Positions 8,772 through 16,662 of a DNA stretch of 64,000 bases are shown here, one piece after another. Both the position numbers and the translations under genes were made by a program. The notes beneath the pieces were generated by a model. The model saw only the letters and a program-made list of their open reading frames with translations, searched no databases and was not told where the DNA came from. The stretch comes from Bacteroidaceae bacterium (lineage in GTDB: Bacteria; Bacteroidota; Bacteroidia; Bacteroidales; Bacteroidaceae): the NCBI GenBank assembly GCA_017429945.1, contig JAFRNY010000054.1:28451-92450 (forward strand), in the 5' to 3' direction. Position 1 is the stretch's first letter; every line of letters begins with the position of its first letter.

Positions 8772-9745
8772 TTCTTTACCTCCCCGAAGCGTTTAGGTTT
8801 GACATAAGTGTTGATGAGCGGCGTGAAGCCATTCATGATGAGGATGGCGAAGCTCATGCCCTCGGGATAGCTACCGAAGTCGCGGATGAGGACTGTCAGC
8901 ACACCGATGGCGCAGCCGTAGATGAGCTGGCCACGGGCCGTCATCGGCGAGGTGACATAGTCGGTAGCCATGAAGCAGGCACCGAGCATCAGACCGCCGG
9001 AGAGGATGACCTGCACGGGGTTGGCGTAGCTGGGATCGATGAGGTGGAAGATACCAGCAAGCACGAAGACCGTAGCGAGAATCGACACGGGGATGTGCCA
9101 CGTGATAATCTTCTTCCAGAGCATGAAGCAGCAGCCGATGAGCAGGCACAGGGCGCTGACCTCACCGAGAGAACCGCCTGTCTGACCAACAAGCATATCG
9201 AGCGACGAGGGCAGCTCGTTGAGCAAAGAGGCGTCGCCGGTCTTGATGGCGTTCTTCATAATGGCCAACGGCGTAGCTGCCGTCTCAACGTCAACGTAGC
9301 CAAGCTGTCCGCTGACGGGCCACGAAGTCATCTGAACAGGGAAGGAGATGAGCAGGAAAACGCGACCTACGAGGGCGGGATTGAAGGGGTTGCAGCCAAG
9401 GCCGCCGAATGTCAGCTTGCCGATGCCAATGGCTGCAAGAGCACCGATAATGATAATCCATATGGGCAGGTTGGAGGGCAGGTTGAAGCCGAGCAACAGA
9501 CCCGTCAGGATGGCAGAGCCATCGCAGATAGTCAGGCGCTCGCGCCCAAGAATGAAGCGTGTAATAGCCCATTCAAAGAACACACAAGCAGCCACCGACG
9601 TAGCCAGTACGATGGCCGACCCGAGTCCGAAGAAATAGAGCGAGGCAATCAGCGCAGGAACCAGCGCGATGCACACGCCGTACATATTCTTCTGCACCGA
9701 ATCGCCACCGTGGACGTGGGGTGATAGGGAAATGATTGGTTTCAT
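8768..9745 (-). CDS. rnfD: Rnf complex subunit D
   Basis: Polytopic NqrB/RnfD-like membrane protein (SPHVHGGDSVQKNM, CNPFNPALVGRVFLL). 4-nt overlap with rnfG. Confidence 0.9.
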   Translation of the reverse strand: MKPIISLSPHVHGGDSVQKNMYGVCIALVPALIASLYFFGLGSAIVLATSVAACVFFEWAITRFILGRERLTICDGSAILTGLLLGFNLPSNLPIWIIIIGALAAIGIGKLTFGGLGCNPFNPALVGRVFLLISFPVQMTSWPVSGQLGYVDVETAATPLAIMKNAIKTGDASLLNELPSSLDMLVGQTGGSLGEVSALCLLIGCCFMLWKKIITWHIPVSILATVFVLAGIFHLIDPSYANPVQVILSGGLMLGACFMATDYVTSPMTARGQLIYGCAIGVLTVLIRDFGSYPEGMSFAILIMNGFTPLINTYVKPKRFGEVKK

Positions 9746-9753
9746 AAGATAAG

Positions 9754-9895
9754 ACCCCCTCCCCGCTCCCCCTCAAGGGGGAGAGTAGAATGTATCTGAG
9801 CGAAAGAGGTTTTCAGGGTCATTTTATTTATATGATTACTATTCTTGAACAGTTACCACCCCCTCCCTAAAGGGAGGATGAGGGGTGGGTCTTTT
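9754..9895 (+). repeat. ~140-bp composite element filling the rnfC-rnfD spacer
   Basis: Colinear with 7351..7502. The rnfC stop lies in the terminal T-run. Confidence 0.9.
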
Positions 9896-11266
9896 TTATT
9901 TTTTACCGATAGCCTCCATGTGGCGTGCCTTGATGATGCCCATTACGGTCTGCTTGGCGATGCGGATGTTGTCGAGCAGCGGACGGTTGGAGGGGCAGGT
10001 GAAGGCGCAGGAGCCACATTCGATGCACGAGGTGACGTCGTTCTTCTCGCAGCCGTCCCAATCCTTAATGCGGGCCTGGGCTGCAAGGAGGTAAGGCTCA
10101 AGACCCATGGGGCAGGCACCGACACACTTGGCACAGCGGATGCAGGGGCTGACCTCGCCACGACGGCTCTCCTTCTCGGTCATCAACAACAAGCCGCTGG
10201 AGCCCTTCGTCACAGGCACTTCAAGCGACATCAGCGCACGTCCCATCATAGGACCGCCACCGATGATCTTGCCGGTATCTGCGGGCAGACCGCCTGCCTC
10301 ATCGATGAGCTGCTGCATGGGAGTGCCGATGCGAGCGAGGAAGTTGGAGGGTTGAGCAACGCTTTTACCCGTAACGGTTATGATGCGCTCTATCAGCGGC
10401 TTATTCTTCGTGACAGCTTCGTAGATAGCATAGACGGTACCCACGTTTTGCACGATAGCGCCAACGTTGATGGGCAGTGCGGGAGGTGCGGGCACCTGAC
10501 GTCCGATGACGGCGTCGATGAGCTGCTTCTCACCACCCTGCGGGTACTTGACCTTCAGGGGCACGACCTCGATGCCGGGGTACTGCGAAGCTTTCTCCTT
10601 CAACAGATCTGTGAGCAGCTTGATGGCATCGGGCTTGTTCATCTCTATGCCGATGTAAGCCTTCGAGCAGTTGACGGCATGCTTGATGAGCTGAATACCG
10701 ACGAGGATCTGTTCGGGTTTCTCAAGCATCAGGCGATGGTCGGCCGTCAGGTAAGGTTCGCACTCTACGGCGTTGACGATGATGGCCTCGGCCTTGGTGC
10801 CAGGAGGGGGCATGAGCTTAACACCTGTGGGGAAGGTGGCACCGCCCATACCTACAATGCCTGCAGCCTTGATGCGGTTGACAACTTCTTCGGCCGTGAT
10901 GGTGCCGAGATCCTTGAATGTCACGAGCTTGTCGGAGCGATCAATCGTCTCCAGCCACTCATCACCTTCTACGTCTACAACGACGGCCATACGACGTGTG
11001 CCGCTGCTGTCGAGCACGGCATCGACTTTCGAAACCTTACCGCTGACGCTGGAAAAGACGGGAACCGAAAGGCCCTTGCCGGCTTCGCCGAGCAGCGTAC
11101 CGACCTTGACCTCATCGCCCTTCTTGACGACAGGCACGGCGGGTGCGCCGATATGCTGGAACATCGAGAAGACGGCTTGCTTGGGTATTGCCGCTGTGCG
11201 GATAGGCGAAGCGGCAGATAACTTATTCTCTGCGGGATGAACACCGCCAATGTGGAATGTCTTCAT
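9896..11266 (-). CDS. rnfC: Rnf complex subunit C
   Basis: N-terminal GGVHP motif, GMGGATFPT NADH-binding-type motif, and two CxxCxxCxxxCP ferredoxin motifs near the C-terminus. Confidence 0.9.
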   Translation of the reverse strand: MKTFHIGGVHPAENKLSAASPIRTAAIPKQAVFSMFQHIGAPAVPVVKKGDEVKVGTLLGEAGKGLSVPVFSSVSGKVSKVDAVLDSSGTRRMAVVVDVEGDEWLETIDRSDKLVTFKDLGTITAEEVVNRIKAAGIVGMGGATFPTGVKLMPPPGTKAEAIIVNAVECEPYLTADHRLMLEKPEQILVGIQLIKHAVNCSKAYIGIEMNKPDAIKLLTDLLKEKASQYPGIEVVPLKVKYPQGGEKQLIDAVIGRQVPAPPALPINVGAIVQNVGTVYAIYEAVTKNKPLIERIITVTGKSVAQPSNFLARIGTPMQQLIDEAGGLPADTGKIIGGGPMMGRALMSLEVPVTKGSSGLLLMTEKESRRGEVSPCIRCAKCVGACPMGLEPYLLAAQARIKDWDGCEKNDVTSCIECGSCAFTCPSNRPLLDNIRIAKQTVMGIIKARHMEAIGKK

Positions 11267-11268
11267 GA

Positions 11269-12273
11269 TTACTGTTCTTTTGCGGGTTCAACATTTCCCG
11301 TCGGTGACCCGACGGGCACTGTGGCTTCATTTGCAGCAGGCTTCTCAGCGGCCGGAGCAGCAGGCTTCTCAGCGGCCGGAGCAGCAGGCTTCTCAGCGGC
11401 AGGAGCAGCGGGCTTCTCAGCGGCAGGAGCCTCAGCCTTAGGCTTACGGGGCGGGAAGTTGAAGGCGTGGATGGCGTTCTGTGGGCATTCGTCCTCGCAC
11501 TTGCGGCAGAGCTTACACTTCTCAGCGTCGATGTAAGCGAGGTTACCCTCGACGGTGATAGCCTCGAACTTGCAGACTTTCACGCACTTCTGGCAGGCGA
11601 TGCAACCAACGCTGCAGGCCTTGCGCGTCACGGCGCCCTTGTCCTTGTTGTTGCAGAGGACCACGACGCGACGGTTCTTCAGGCCCTTCAGGCGAATCTC
11701 GATGACGCCGCGCGGACAAGCCTTGGAGCAGGCGCCGCAGGCGGTGCACTTCTCTTCGTCCACCTCGGGCAACCCCGTCTCGGGGTTCATGTGGATGGCG
11801 TCGAACTGGCAGGCTGCCACACAGTCACCGCAGCCCAGACAGCCGTAGGCACAAGCCGTCTCGCCCGAGCCCAGCATCTGCTGCACGCGGCAGCTCTGAG
11901 CGCCGTCGAATTCGGCGATGCGCGGACGGCTCTCGCACGTGCCGTTGCAACGCACTACAGCCACTTTGGGTGCACTGGCCTCAGCCTTCATACCGAGGAT
12001 GTCAGCCACCTTCTCCATGACGGGCTGTCCGCCTACGGGGCAGAGCAGTCCTTCGAGCGAGCCTTTGTCGGCTGCCTTCACGCACGCTCCGGCAAAGCCT
12101 GAGCAACCGGGGAAGCCGCAACCGCCACAGTTGGCCTGAGGCAACACTTCGGCAACCTTTCCGATGCGCTCGTCTTCATGCACAGCGAATTTCTTGGCTG
12201 CCAAATATAGGATGAGCGCACTCACCAAGCCTATGGCCCCAAGAACAATCACTGCAATCAGGATTACATTCAT
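11269..12273 (-). CDS. rnfB: Rnf complex subunit B, polyferredoxin type, with repeat-containing C-terminal tail
   Basis: N-terminal anchor; CGGCGFPGCSGFA motif; several CxxCxxCxxxCP clusters. The C-terminus carries (AAEKPAAP)x4. Confidence 0.88.
   Translation of the reverse strand: MNVILIAVIVLGAIGLVSALILYLAAKKFAVHEDERIGKVAEVLPQANCGGCGFPGCSGFAGACVKAADKGSLEGLLCPVGGQPVMEKVADILGMKAEASAPKVAVVRCNGTCESRPRIAEFDGAQSCRVQQMLGSGETACAYGCLGCGDCVAACQFDAIHMNPETGLPEVDEEKCTACGACSKACPRGVIEIRLKGLKNRRVVVLCNNKDKGAVTRKACSVGCIACQKCVKVCKFEAITVEGNLAYIDAEKCKLCRKCEDECPQNAIHAFNFPPRKPKAEAPAAEKPAAPAAEKPAAPAAEKPAAPAAEKPAANEATVPVGSPTGNVEPAKEQ
11336..11431 (-). repeat. 24-nt in-frame tandem repeat x4 in the 3' part of rnfB
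   Basis: Plus-strand unit GCAGGCTTCTCAGCGGCCGGAGCA x3 plus one variant, encoding (AAEKPAAP)n. Confidence 0.95.
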
Positions 12274-12312
12274 AGTTGTTTTTTAAGTTTATGAGTTTTT
12301 AGTTGTTTGGTT

Positions 12313-12744
12313 TTATGAGTTAGCAGCCGTCTCGCGAATATGAAAGGAGAAACGACGTTGCAGGCGCTGACGCATGAAAAGGTAGACTCCGCCGTAGTAA
12401 ACGACCACCGCGAGAAGAGAACACAACGCCCCAATCGCTTCACTGCCCGTGAGCCACATTGCCACGAACAGCACAGCTATCAGCAGCAACAGAGGCAAGC
12501 CGTAGGCGATAACGGCAGCAAAGCGACCGTCGGACAGCTGTCCGTCGAGCACGACGCGCTGCCCCACCCTGAATGATGATGCATCGGGTGTGTAGACGTC
12601 AACATCCTTCTGCTTGGCTTCAGCACTGTTGCACATCTGGCGCGCAGCGCAACCCGAACAGGCCGACGACTGCACAATGGTGACACAAACATGCTCATTG
12701 CCAACGGCTTTCACCACGGCTTCATGTGAAATTATTTCTTTCAT
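12313..12744 (-). CDS. RseC/MucC-family (SoxR-reducing system) membrane protein
   Basis: N-terminal Cys motif (SSACSGCAARQMC) followed by two TM helices. Canonical position directly upstream of rnfB. Confidence 0.75.
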   Translation of the reverse strand: MKEIISHEAVVKAVGNEHVCVTIVQSSACSGCAARQMCNSAEAKQKDVDVYTPDASSFRVGQRVVLDGQLSDGRFAAVIAYGLPLLLLIAVLFVAMWLTGSEAIGALCSLLAVVVYYGGVYLFMRQRLQRRFSFHIRETAANS

Positions 12745-12781
12745 CAGGTTTCTTTGTAATGCAGGGCTTGCAAAAGCGCCA

Positions 12782-12789
12782 CAAAGGTA
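12782..12789 (-). promoter_or_regulatory. Bacteroidota -7 box TACCTTTG for the rseC-rnf operon
   Basis: Matches the TAnnTTTG consensus, 38 nt upstream of ATG 12744. Confidence 0.55.
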
Positions 12790-12886
12790 GTATAATTTTA
12801 TTAATGTTCGCGCGCGTAAGAGAGATATTTTACGAGAGTACAGGTCTTTTTACAATATTTAACACCAACGGCTCCACACACAAAGA

Positions 12887-12912
12887 AAGGCGCGGCTTCA
12901 CAGCCACGCCTT
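12887..12912 (-). terminator. rpsP terminator hairpin
   Basis: Minus strand AAGGCGTGGCTGTGAAGCCGCGCCTT followed by TCTTTGTGTG. Confidence 0.55.
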
Positions 12913-12956
12913 CTGTATGCTTGTTTGGAAGTATTGTAATATTTGGAGAGTTGGGT

Positions 12957-13508
12957 TTAAGCTTCTGCTGGAGCCTCCTCTGTTTGGGTTTCCTCAGCAG
13001 CAGCCTCAGCCTGAGCAGCAGCCTCGGCCTCTGCCTTAGCAGCAGCCTCAGCAGCCTTCTTGTCGGCTACTCGTTTAGCGATCTCTTCATTGGTCTTCTT
13101 TTCTGCTTCGAGAGCGGCAGCAGCAGCGGCCTTCTTGTCGGCAGCGACCTTTTCTTCAACAGCCTTCAGGCCCTTCTGACGATCGGCCTTCCAAGCGTTG
13201 AACTTGATTTGTGCGGTTGCCTCATCAAATGCGCCTTTCTTGACGCCACCACGGAGGTGCTTCATGAGGTAAACGCCTTCACCGGAGAGGATGTTGCGCA
13301 CGGTGTCCGTGGGCTGTGCACCCGTCTCTACCCAATACAGGGCACGGTCGAATTTCAAATCTACAGTGGCAGGATTGGTGTTGGGGTTGTAGGTACCAAT
13401 CTTCTCTGTAAACTTACCGTCGCGCGGAGCTCTTACATCAGCAACGACAATGCTGTAGAAAGCGTAGCTCTTACGGCCATGGCGCTGCAATCTGATTTTT
13501 GTTGCCAT
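12957..13508 (-). CDS. rpsP: 30S ribosomal protein S16 with Ala/Lys/Glu-rich C-terminal extension
   Basis: [33 protein letters not shown] is the S16 signature. ~95-aa low-complexity tail. Confidence 0.93.
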   Translation of the reverse strand: MATKIRLQRHGRKSYAFYSIVVADVRAPRDGKFTEKIGTYNPNTNPATVDLKFDRALYWVETGAQPTDTVRNILSGEGVYLMKHLRGGVKKGAFDEATAQIKFNAWKADRQKGLKAVEEKVAADKKAAAAAALEAEKKTNEEIAKRVADKKAAEAAAKAEAEAAAQAEAAAEETQTEEAPAEA

Positions 13509-13569
13509 AAATGTTTAATAATGAGTTAATAGGTTTGAAACTTATGCTGCCAACTCGTGACAGCGGGCG

Positions 13570-13577
13570 CAAAGGTA
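13570..13577 (-). promoter_or_regulatory. -7 box TACCTTTG for rpsP
   Basis: TAnnTTTG, 62 nt upstream of ATG 13508. Confidence 0.55.
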
Positions 13578-13692
13578 CGACAATCTCTCGACATGGCAAA
13601 ACTTTTAGCCTCCTTTTTTTAATTATCATTCTGCAGTGGCTAATAAATCTTAAAATATTAGCACCTACAACATCATTTATCGCCATTTATCT

Positions 13693-13700
13693 TATCTTTG
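13693..13700 (+). promoter_or_regulatory. -7 box TATCTTTG for the phosphohexomutase gene
   Basis: TAnnTTTG, 52 nt upstream of ATG 13752. Confidence 0.55.
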
Positions 13701-13751
13701 CAAAGCTAATATGGGCACATTAATAGAATCTAACAATAACTTCAACCGACA

Positions 13752-15497
13752 ATGGACAACGAATTAATCAAGAGCTGTGAGGCTAAAGCACAGGAATGGC
13801 TGGCCTCACCCGTCTATGACGAACAAACGAAAGCCGAAGTGCGCGCGCTGCTCGAGGCTGACGACAAGACCGCTCTCGTAGATGCTTTCTACCAGAGCCT
13901 CGAGTTCGGCACAGGCGGCCTGCGCGGCATCATGGGCGCAGGCACAAACCGCATGAACCGCTACATCGTAGGCGCTGCCACACAAGGCTTTGCCAACTAC
14001 ATCCTCAAGGCCTTCCCCGGCCGCAAGGACCTCGCAGTTGTCGTAGGCCACGACTGCCGCAACCACGGCCGCGAATTTGCAGAGACGGTGGCTGCTATCT
14101 TCTCTGCCAACGGCATCAAGGTCTATCTCTTTGAGAGCCTACGCCCCACACCGGAGATCAGCTTTGCCATTCGCCAGCTACACGCACAGGCAGGCGTCAA
14201 CGTCACCGCCTCACACAACCCGAAGGAATACAATGGCTACAAAGCCTACTGGGAGGATGGCGCTCAGGTGCTCAGCCCGCATGACACCGGCATCATTGAT
14301 GAGGTGAACAAGGTGAAGGTCGAAGACGTGCTCTGGCAGGGCAACCCCGACCTCATCCAGATCATCGGCGGCGAGATGGACTGGGACTACCTGCAGGCCG
14401 TCAAGGAGGCCATGGTGGACCAGGAAGTGATCAACCGTCAGAAAAATCTCAACATCGTCTACACCCCGCTGCACGGCACGGGCCGCGTCATCATCCCCGA
14501 GGCGCTGCGCTCATGGGGCTTCCAGAACATACACGTCGTGCCCGAGCAAATGGTCATCGACGGCAACTTCCCAACAGTCGTAAGTCCTAACCCCGAGAAC
14601 TCCGAGGCCATGACCTTGGGAATGAAACTCGGTACGAAGCTCAACGCCGACCTCGTCATCGCCAGCGACCCCGATGCCGACCGCCTCGCCATCGTATGTC
14701 GTAACCCGAAAGGCGAATGGGAGATCTTGAACGGCAACCAGACGTGCATGATGTTCGCCTGGTACATCATCGCCAACAAGAAGAAGCTCGGACAGCTGCG
14801 CGGCAACGAGTTCCTCGTCAAGACCATCGTCACGACCGAACTCATCAAGAAAATTGCCGACAAGAACGGCGTCGAGATGATGGATTGCTACACGGGCTTC
14901 AAGTGGATTGCCGCCCTCATCCGCGAGAACGAAGGCGTCAAGAAGTATATCGGCGGTGGCGAAGAGAGCTTCGGATTCCTGCCCTTCGACAAGGTCCGCG
15001 ACAAGGACAGCCCCGCCTCGATCTGCCTCATCTGCGAGATAGCCGCCTGGGCCAAGGACAACGGCAAGACGCTCTACGACCTTCTGATGGACATCTACCT
15101 CGAGTACGGCTTCACGCTCAACAACACCGTCAACGTCGTACGTCCTGGCAAGACAGGCGCCGACGAGATCAAGCAGATGATGGCCGATTTCCGTGGCGCC
15201 AAAGCTCCGAAGATGCTCGGCGGCTCAAATGTCGTATGCACGAAGGACTATCAAGCCCTCACCGCCACCGACGGCGAAGGCAATGTCACCAAACTCGACA
15301 TGCCTGCCACCTCCAACGTGCTGCAATGGTTCACCGAGGACGGCACCAAGGTCAGCGTGCGCCCCTCAGGCACTGAGCCTAAGATCAAGTTCTACATCGA
15401 AGCACCTGCTACGATGAACTGCCCGAAGTGCTACCCCAGTGCTTGCGAAGAAGGCATGGACAAAGTCAAGGCCGTTTGCAAGGACCTCGGAATCTAA
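13752..15497 (+). CDS. phosphoglucomutase / alpha-D-phosphohexomutase family
   Basis: Active-site loop VTASHNPKEYNGYK and metal-binding loop ASDPDADR; 581 aa. Confidence 0.88.
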   Translation: MDNELIKSCEAKAQEWLASPVYDEQTKAEVRALLEADDKTALVDAFYQSLEFGTGGLRGIMGAGTNRMNRYIVGAATQGFANYILKAFPGRKDLAVVVGHDCRNHGREFAETVAAIFSANGIKVYLFESLRPTPEISFAIRQLHAQAGVNVTASHNPKEYNGYKAYWEDGAQVLSPHDTGIIDEVNKVKVEDVLWQGNPDLIQIIGGEMDWDYLQAVKEAMVDQEVINRQKNLNIVYTPLHGTGRVIIPEALRSWGFQNIHVVPEQMVIDGNFPTVVSPNPENSEAMTLGMKLGTKLNADLVIASDPDADRLAIVCRNPKGEWEILNGNQTCMMFAWYIIANKKKLGQLRGNEFLVKTIVTTELIKKIADKNGVEMMDCYTGFKWIAALIRENEGVKKYIGGGEESFGFLPFDKVRDKDSPASICLICEIAAWAKDNGKTLYDLLMDIYLEYGFTLNNTVNVVRPGKTGADEIKQMMADFRGAKAPKMLGGSNVVCTKDYQALTATDGEGNVTKLDMPATSNVLQWFTEDGTKVSVRPSGTEPKIKFYIEAPATMNCPKCYPSACEEGMDKVKAVCKDLGI

Positions 15498-15507
15498 CGA
15501 CCTGACA

Positions 15508-16275
15508 ATGACCCGTTATTTAGCATATTGCAAAGGGGATATTCTTCTCACGACCGAGGGGAATATCCCCTTGGCCTTAGAATCCCTAACCACTTTGCAG
15601 CCTTGGAACTTCGTGACGACATTGCACATAGGCGATGACGAAGTGAAAATCATCAGACTCGAAAAGCCTGTAACAGAGGTCGAGGGACTGCAGATGGTGG
15701 GGCTGCGCAAGACTTACACTATCCTCAACGAGGAGGACTATCAGCTGGCAGGCAAGGGCGCCGAGCTGCTCTACTGGGACCAGGGCACCCGCTACTGCGG
15801 ATGCTGCGGTACGCCGACTCGTTGGATGACCGACATCAGCAAGCGTTGCCCCGAATGTGGAAAGGAGTGGTGGCCATCGGTCTCAACGGCAATAATAGTA
15901 AGGATTACGCGGGAAACGCCCGACGGCTCATCTATCCTACTCGTCCACGCCAAGAATTTCCGACGGCCCTTCCACGGCCTTGTGGCCGGCTTCCTCGAGA
16001 CGGGAGAATCGCTGGAACAATGCGTGGAACGCGAGGTGCGCGAAGAGACAGGCCTACAAATCAAGAACCTCAGCTATTTCGCATCACAGCCATGGCCCTA
16101 CCCTTTCGGACTAATGGTAGGTTTCACGGCCGACTATGCCGGAGGAGAAGTTCACCTGCAGAAGGAAGAACTTAGCCAAGGCGGATGGTTCACGCGCGAA
16201 AACATGCCGCCTATCCCCGACAAAGCCTCCATCGCGCGCCGCCTTATCGACGACTGGCTTGAGAACGGTGCATAG
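15508..16275 (+). CDS. nudC: NAD(+) diphosphatase (NADH pyrophosphatase), Nudix family
   Basis: Zinc-ribbon CGCCGTPT..CPECG followed by the Nudix box GFLETGESLEQCVEREVREETGL. ATG at 15508 chosen; the listed ORF start at 15439 overlaps the previous gene. Confidence 0.8.
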   Translation: MTRYLAYCKGDILLTTEGNIPLALESLTTLQPWNFVTTLHIGDDEVKIIRLEKPVTEVEGLQMVGLRKTYTILNEEDYQLAGKGAELLYWDQGTRYCGCCGTPTRWMTDISKRCPECGKEWWPSVSTAIIVRITRETPDGSSILLVHAKNFRRPFHGLVAGFLETGESLEQCVEREVREETGLQIKNLSYFASQPWPYPFGLMVGFTADYAGGEVHLQKEELSQGGWFTRENMPPIPDKASIARRLIDDWLENGA

Positions 16276-16320
16276 CAATGGCTACACACGCATCGCAACA
16301 CTCTACCCTCCAATCATAGG

Positions 16321-16473
16321 CCTTCAAGGTTATACCTCAGACCTTCAAGGAACGCGTATCAAACCTTCAAGAGGAAAGGCTCGATCCTTCAAGGTACATG
16401 ACTCAATTCTTCAAGGGACATGGCTTAAACCTTCAAGGGACATGGCTCAATCCTTCAAGGTTAATTGGCCTAA
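16321..16473. repeat. 22-bp-period array: 7 copies of the palindrome CCTTCAAGG separated by 13 variable nt
   Basis: Core starts at 16321, 16342, 16364, 16386, 16408 (TCTTCAAGG), 16430 and 16452. Confidence 0.95.
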
Positions 16474-16554
16474 ACACTCAATTGTTTTGAGGTAAAACAA
16501 GTTGTTTTGGTGCCAAACATCAGGACGTATGCCACCGAGCCACCAGTCAAACAA

Positions 16555-16590
16555 TAAAAAAGGCTGAGTCAATGCGACTCAGCCTTTTTG
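16555..16590. terminator. bidirectional intrinsic terminator between nudC and the DUF4270-like gene
   Basis: AAAAAA-AGGCTGAGTC-AATGC-GACTCAGCCT-TTTTT. Confidence 0.85.
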
Positions 16591-16662
16591 TTGACATCCG
16601 ACAATGCCTAGTTATGATTTCCTTACAAACATAATATTAAATGTTCGCGCGCGAGAAAGGGA

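Noticed and set aside
9845-11221. 458-aa plus-strand ORF, plus similar long ORFs at 3653-4774(-), 4859-5869(-), 5452-6327(+), 8750-9724(+), 20482-21396(+), 23085-24023(-) and 27100-28170(-)
   Set aside because: All lie antisense to, or out of frame within, strongly supported genes (rnfC, beta-barrel, rnfD, DUF4301-like, relA, glgB). Their products are Ala/Gly/Val/Arg/His-rich with no motifs. These are typical shadow ORFs of G+C-rich coding DNA.
11237-11536. 99-aa and 63-aa plus-strand ORFs with AAGFSAAG or QQASQRPE repeats
   Set aside because: They are antisense or out-of-frame translations of the 24-nt repeat in the rnfB 3' end.
12726-13529. 267-aa plus-strand ORF rich in Leu/Ser/Phe
   Set aside because: It is the antisense of rpsP and its Ala/Lys/Glu tail. 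S16 on the minus strand is unambiguous.
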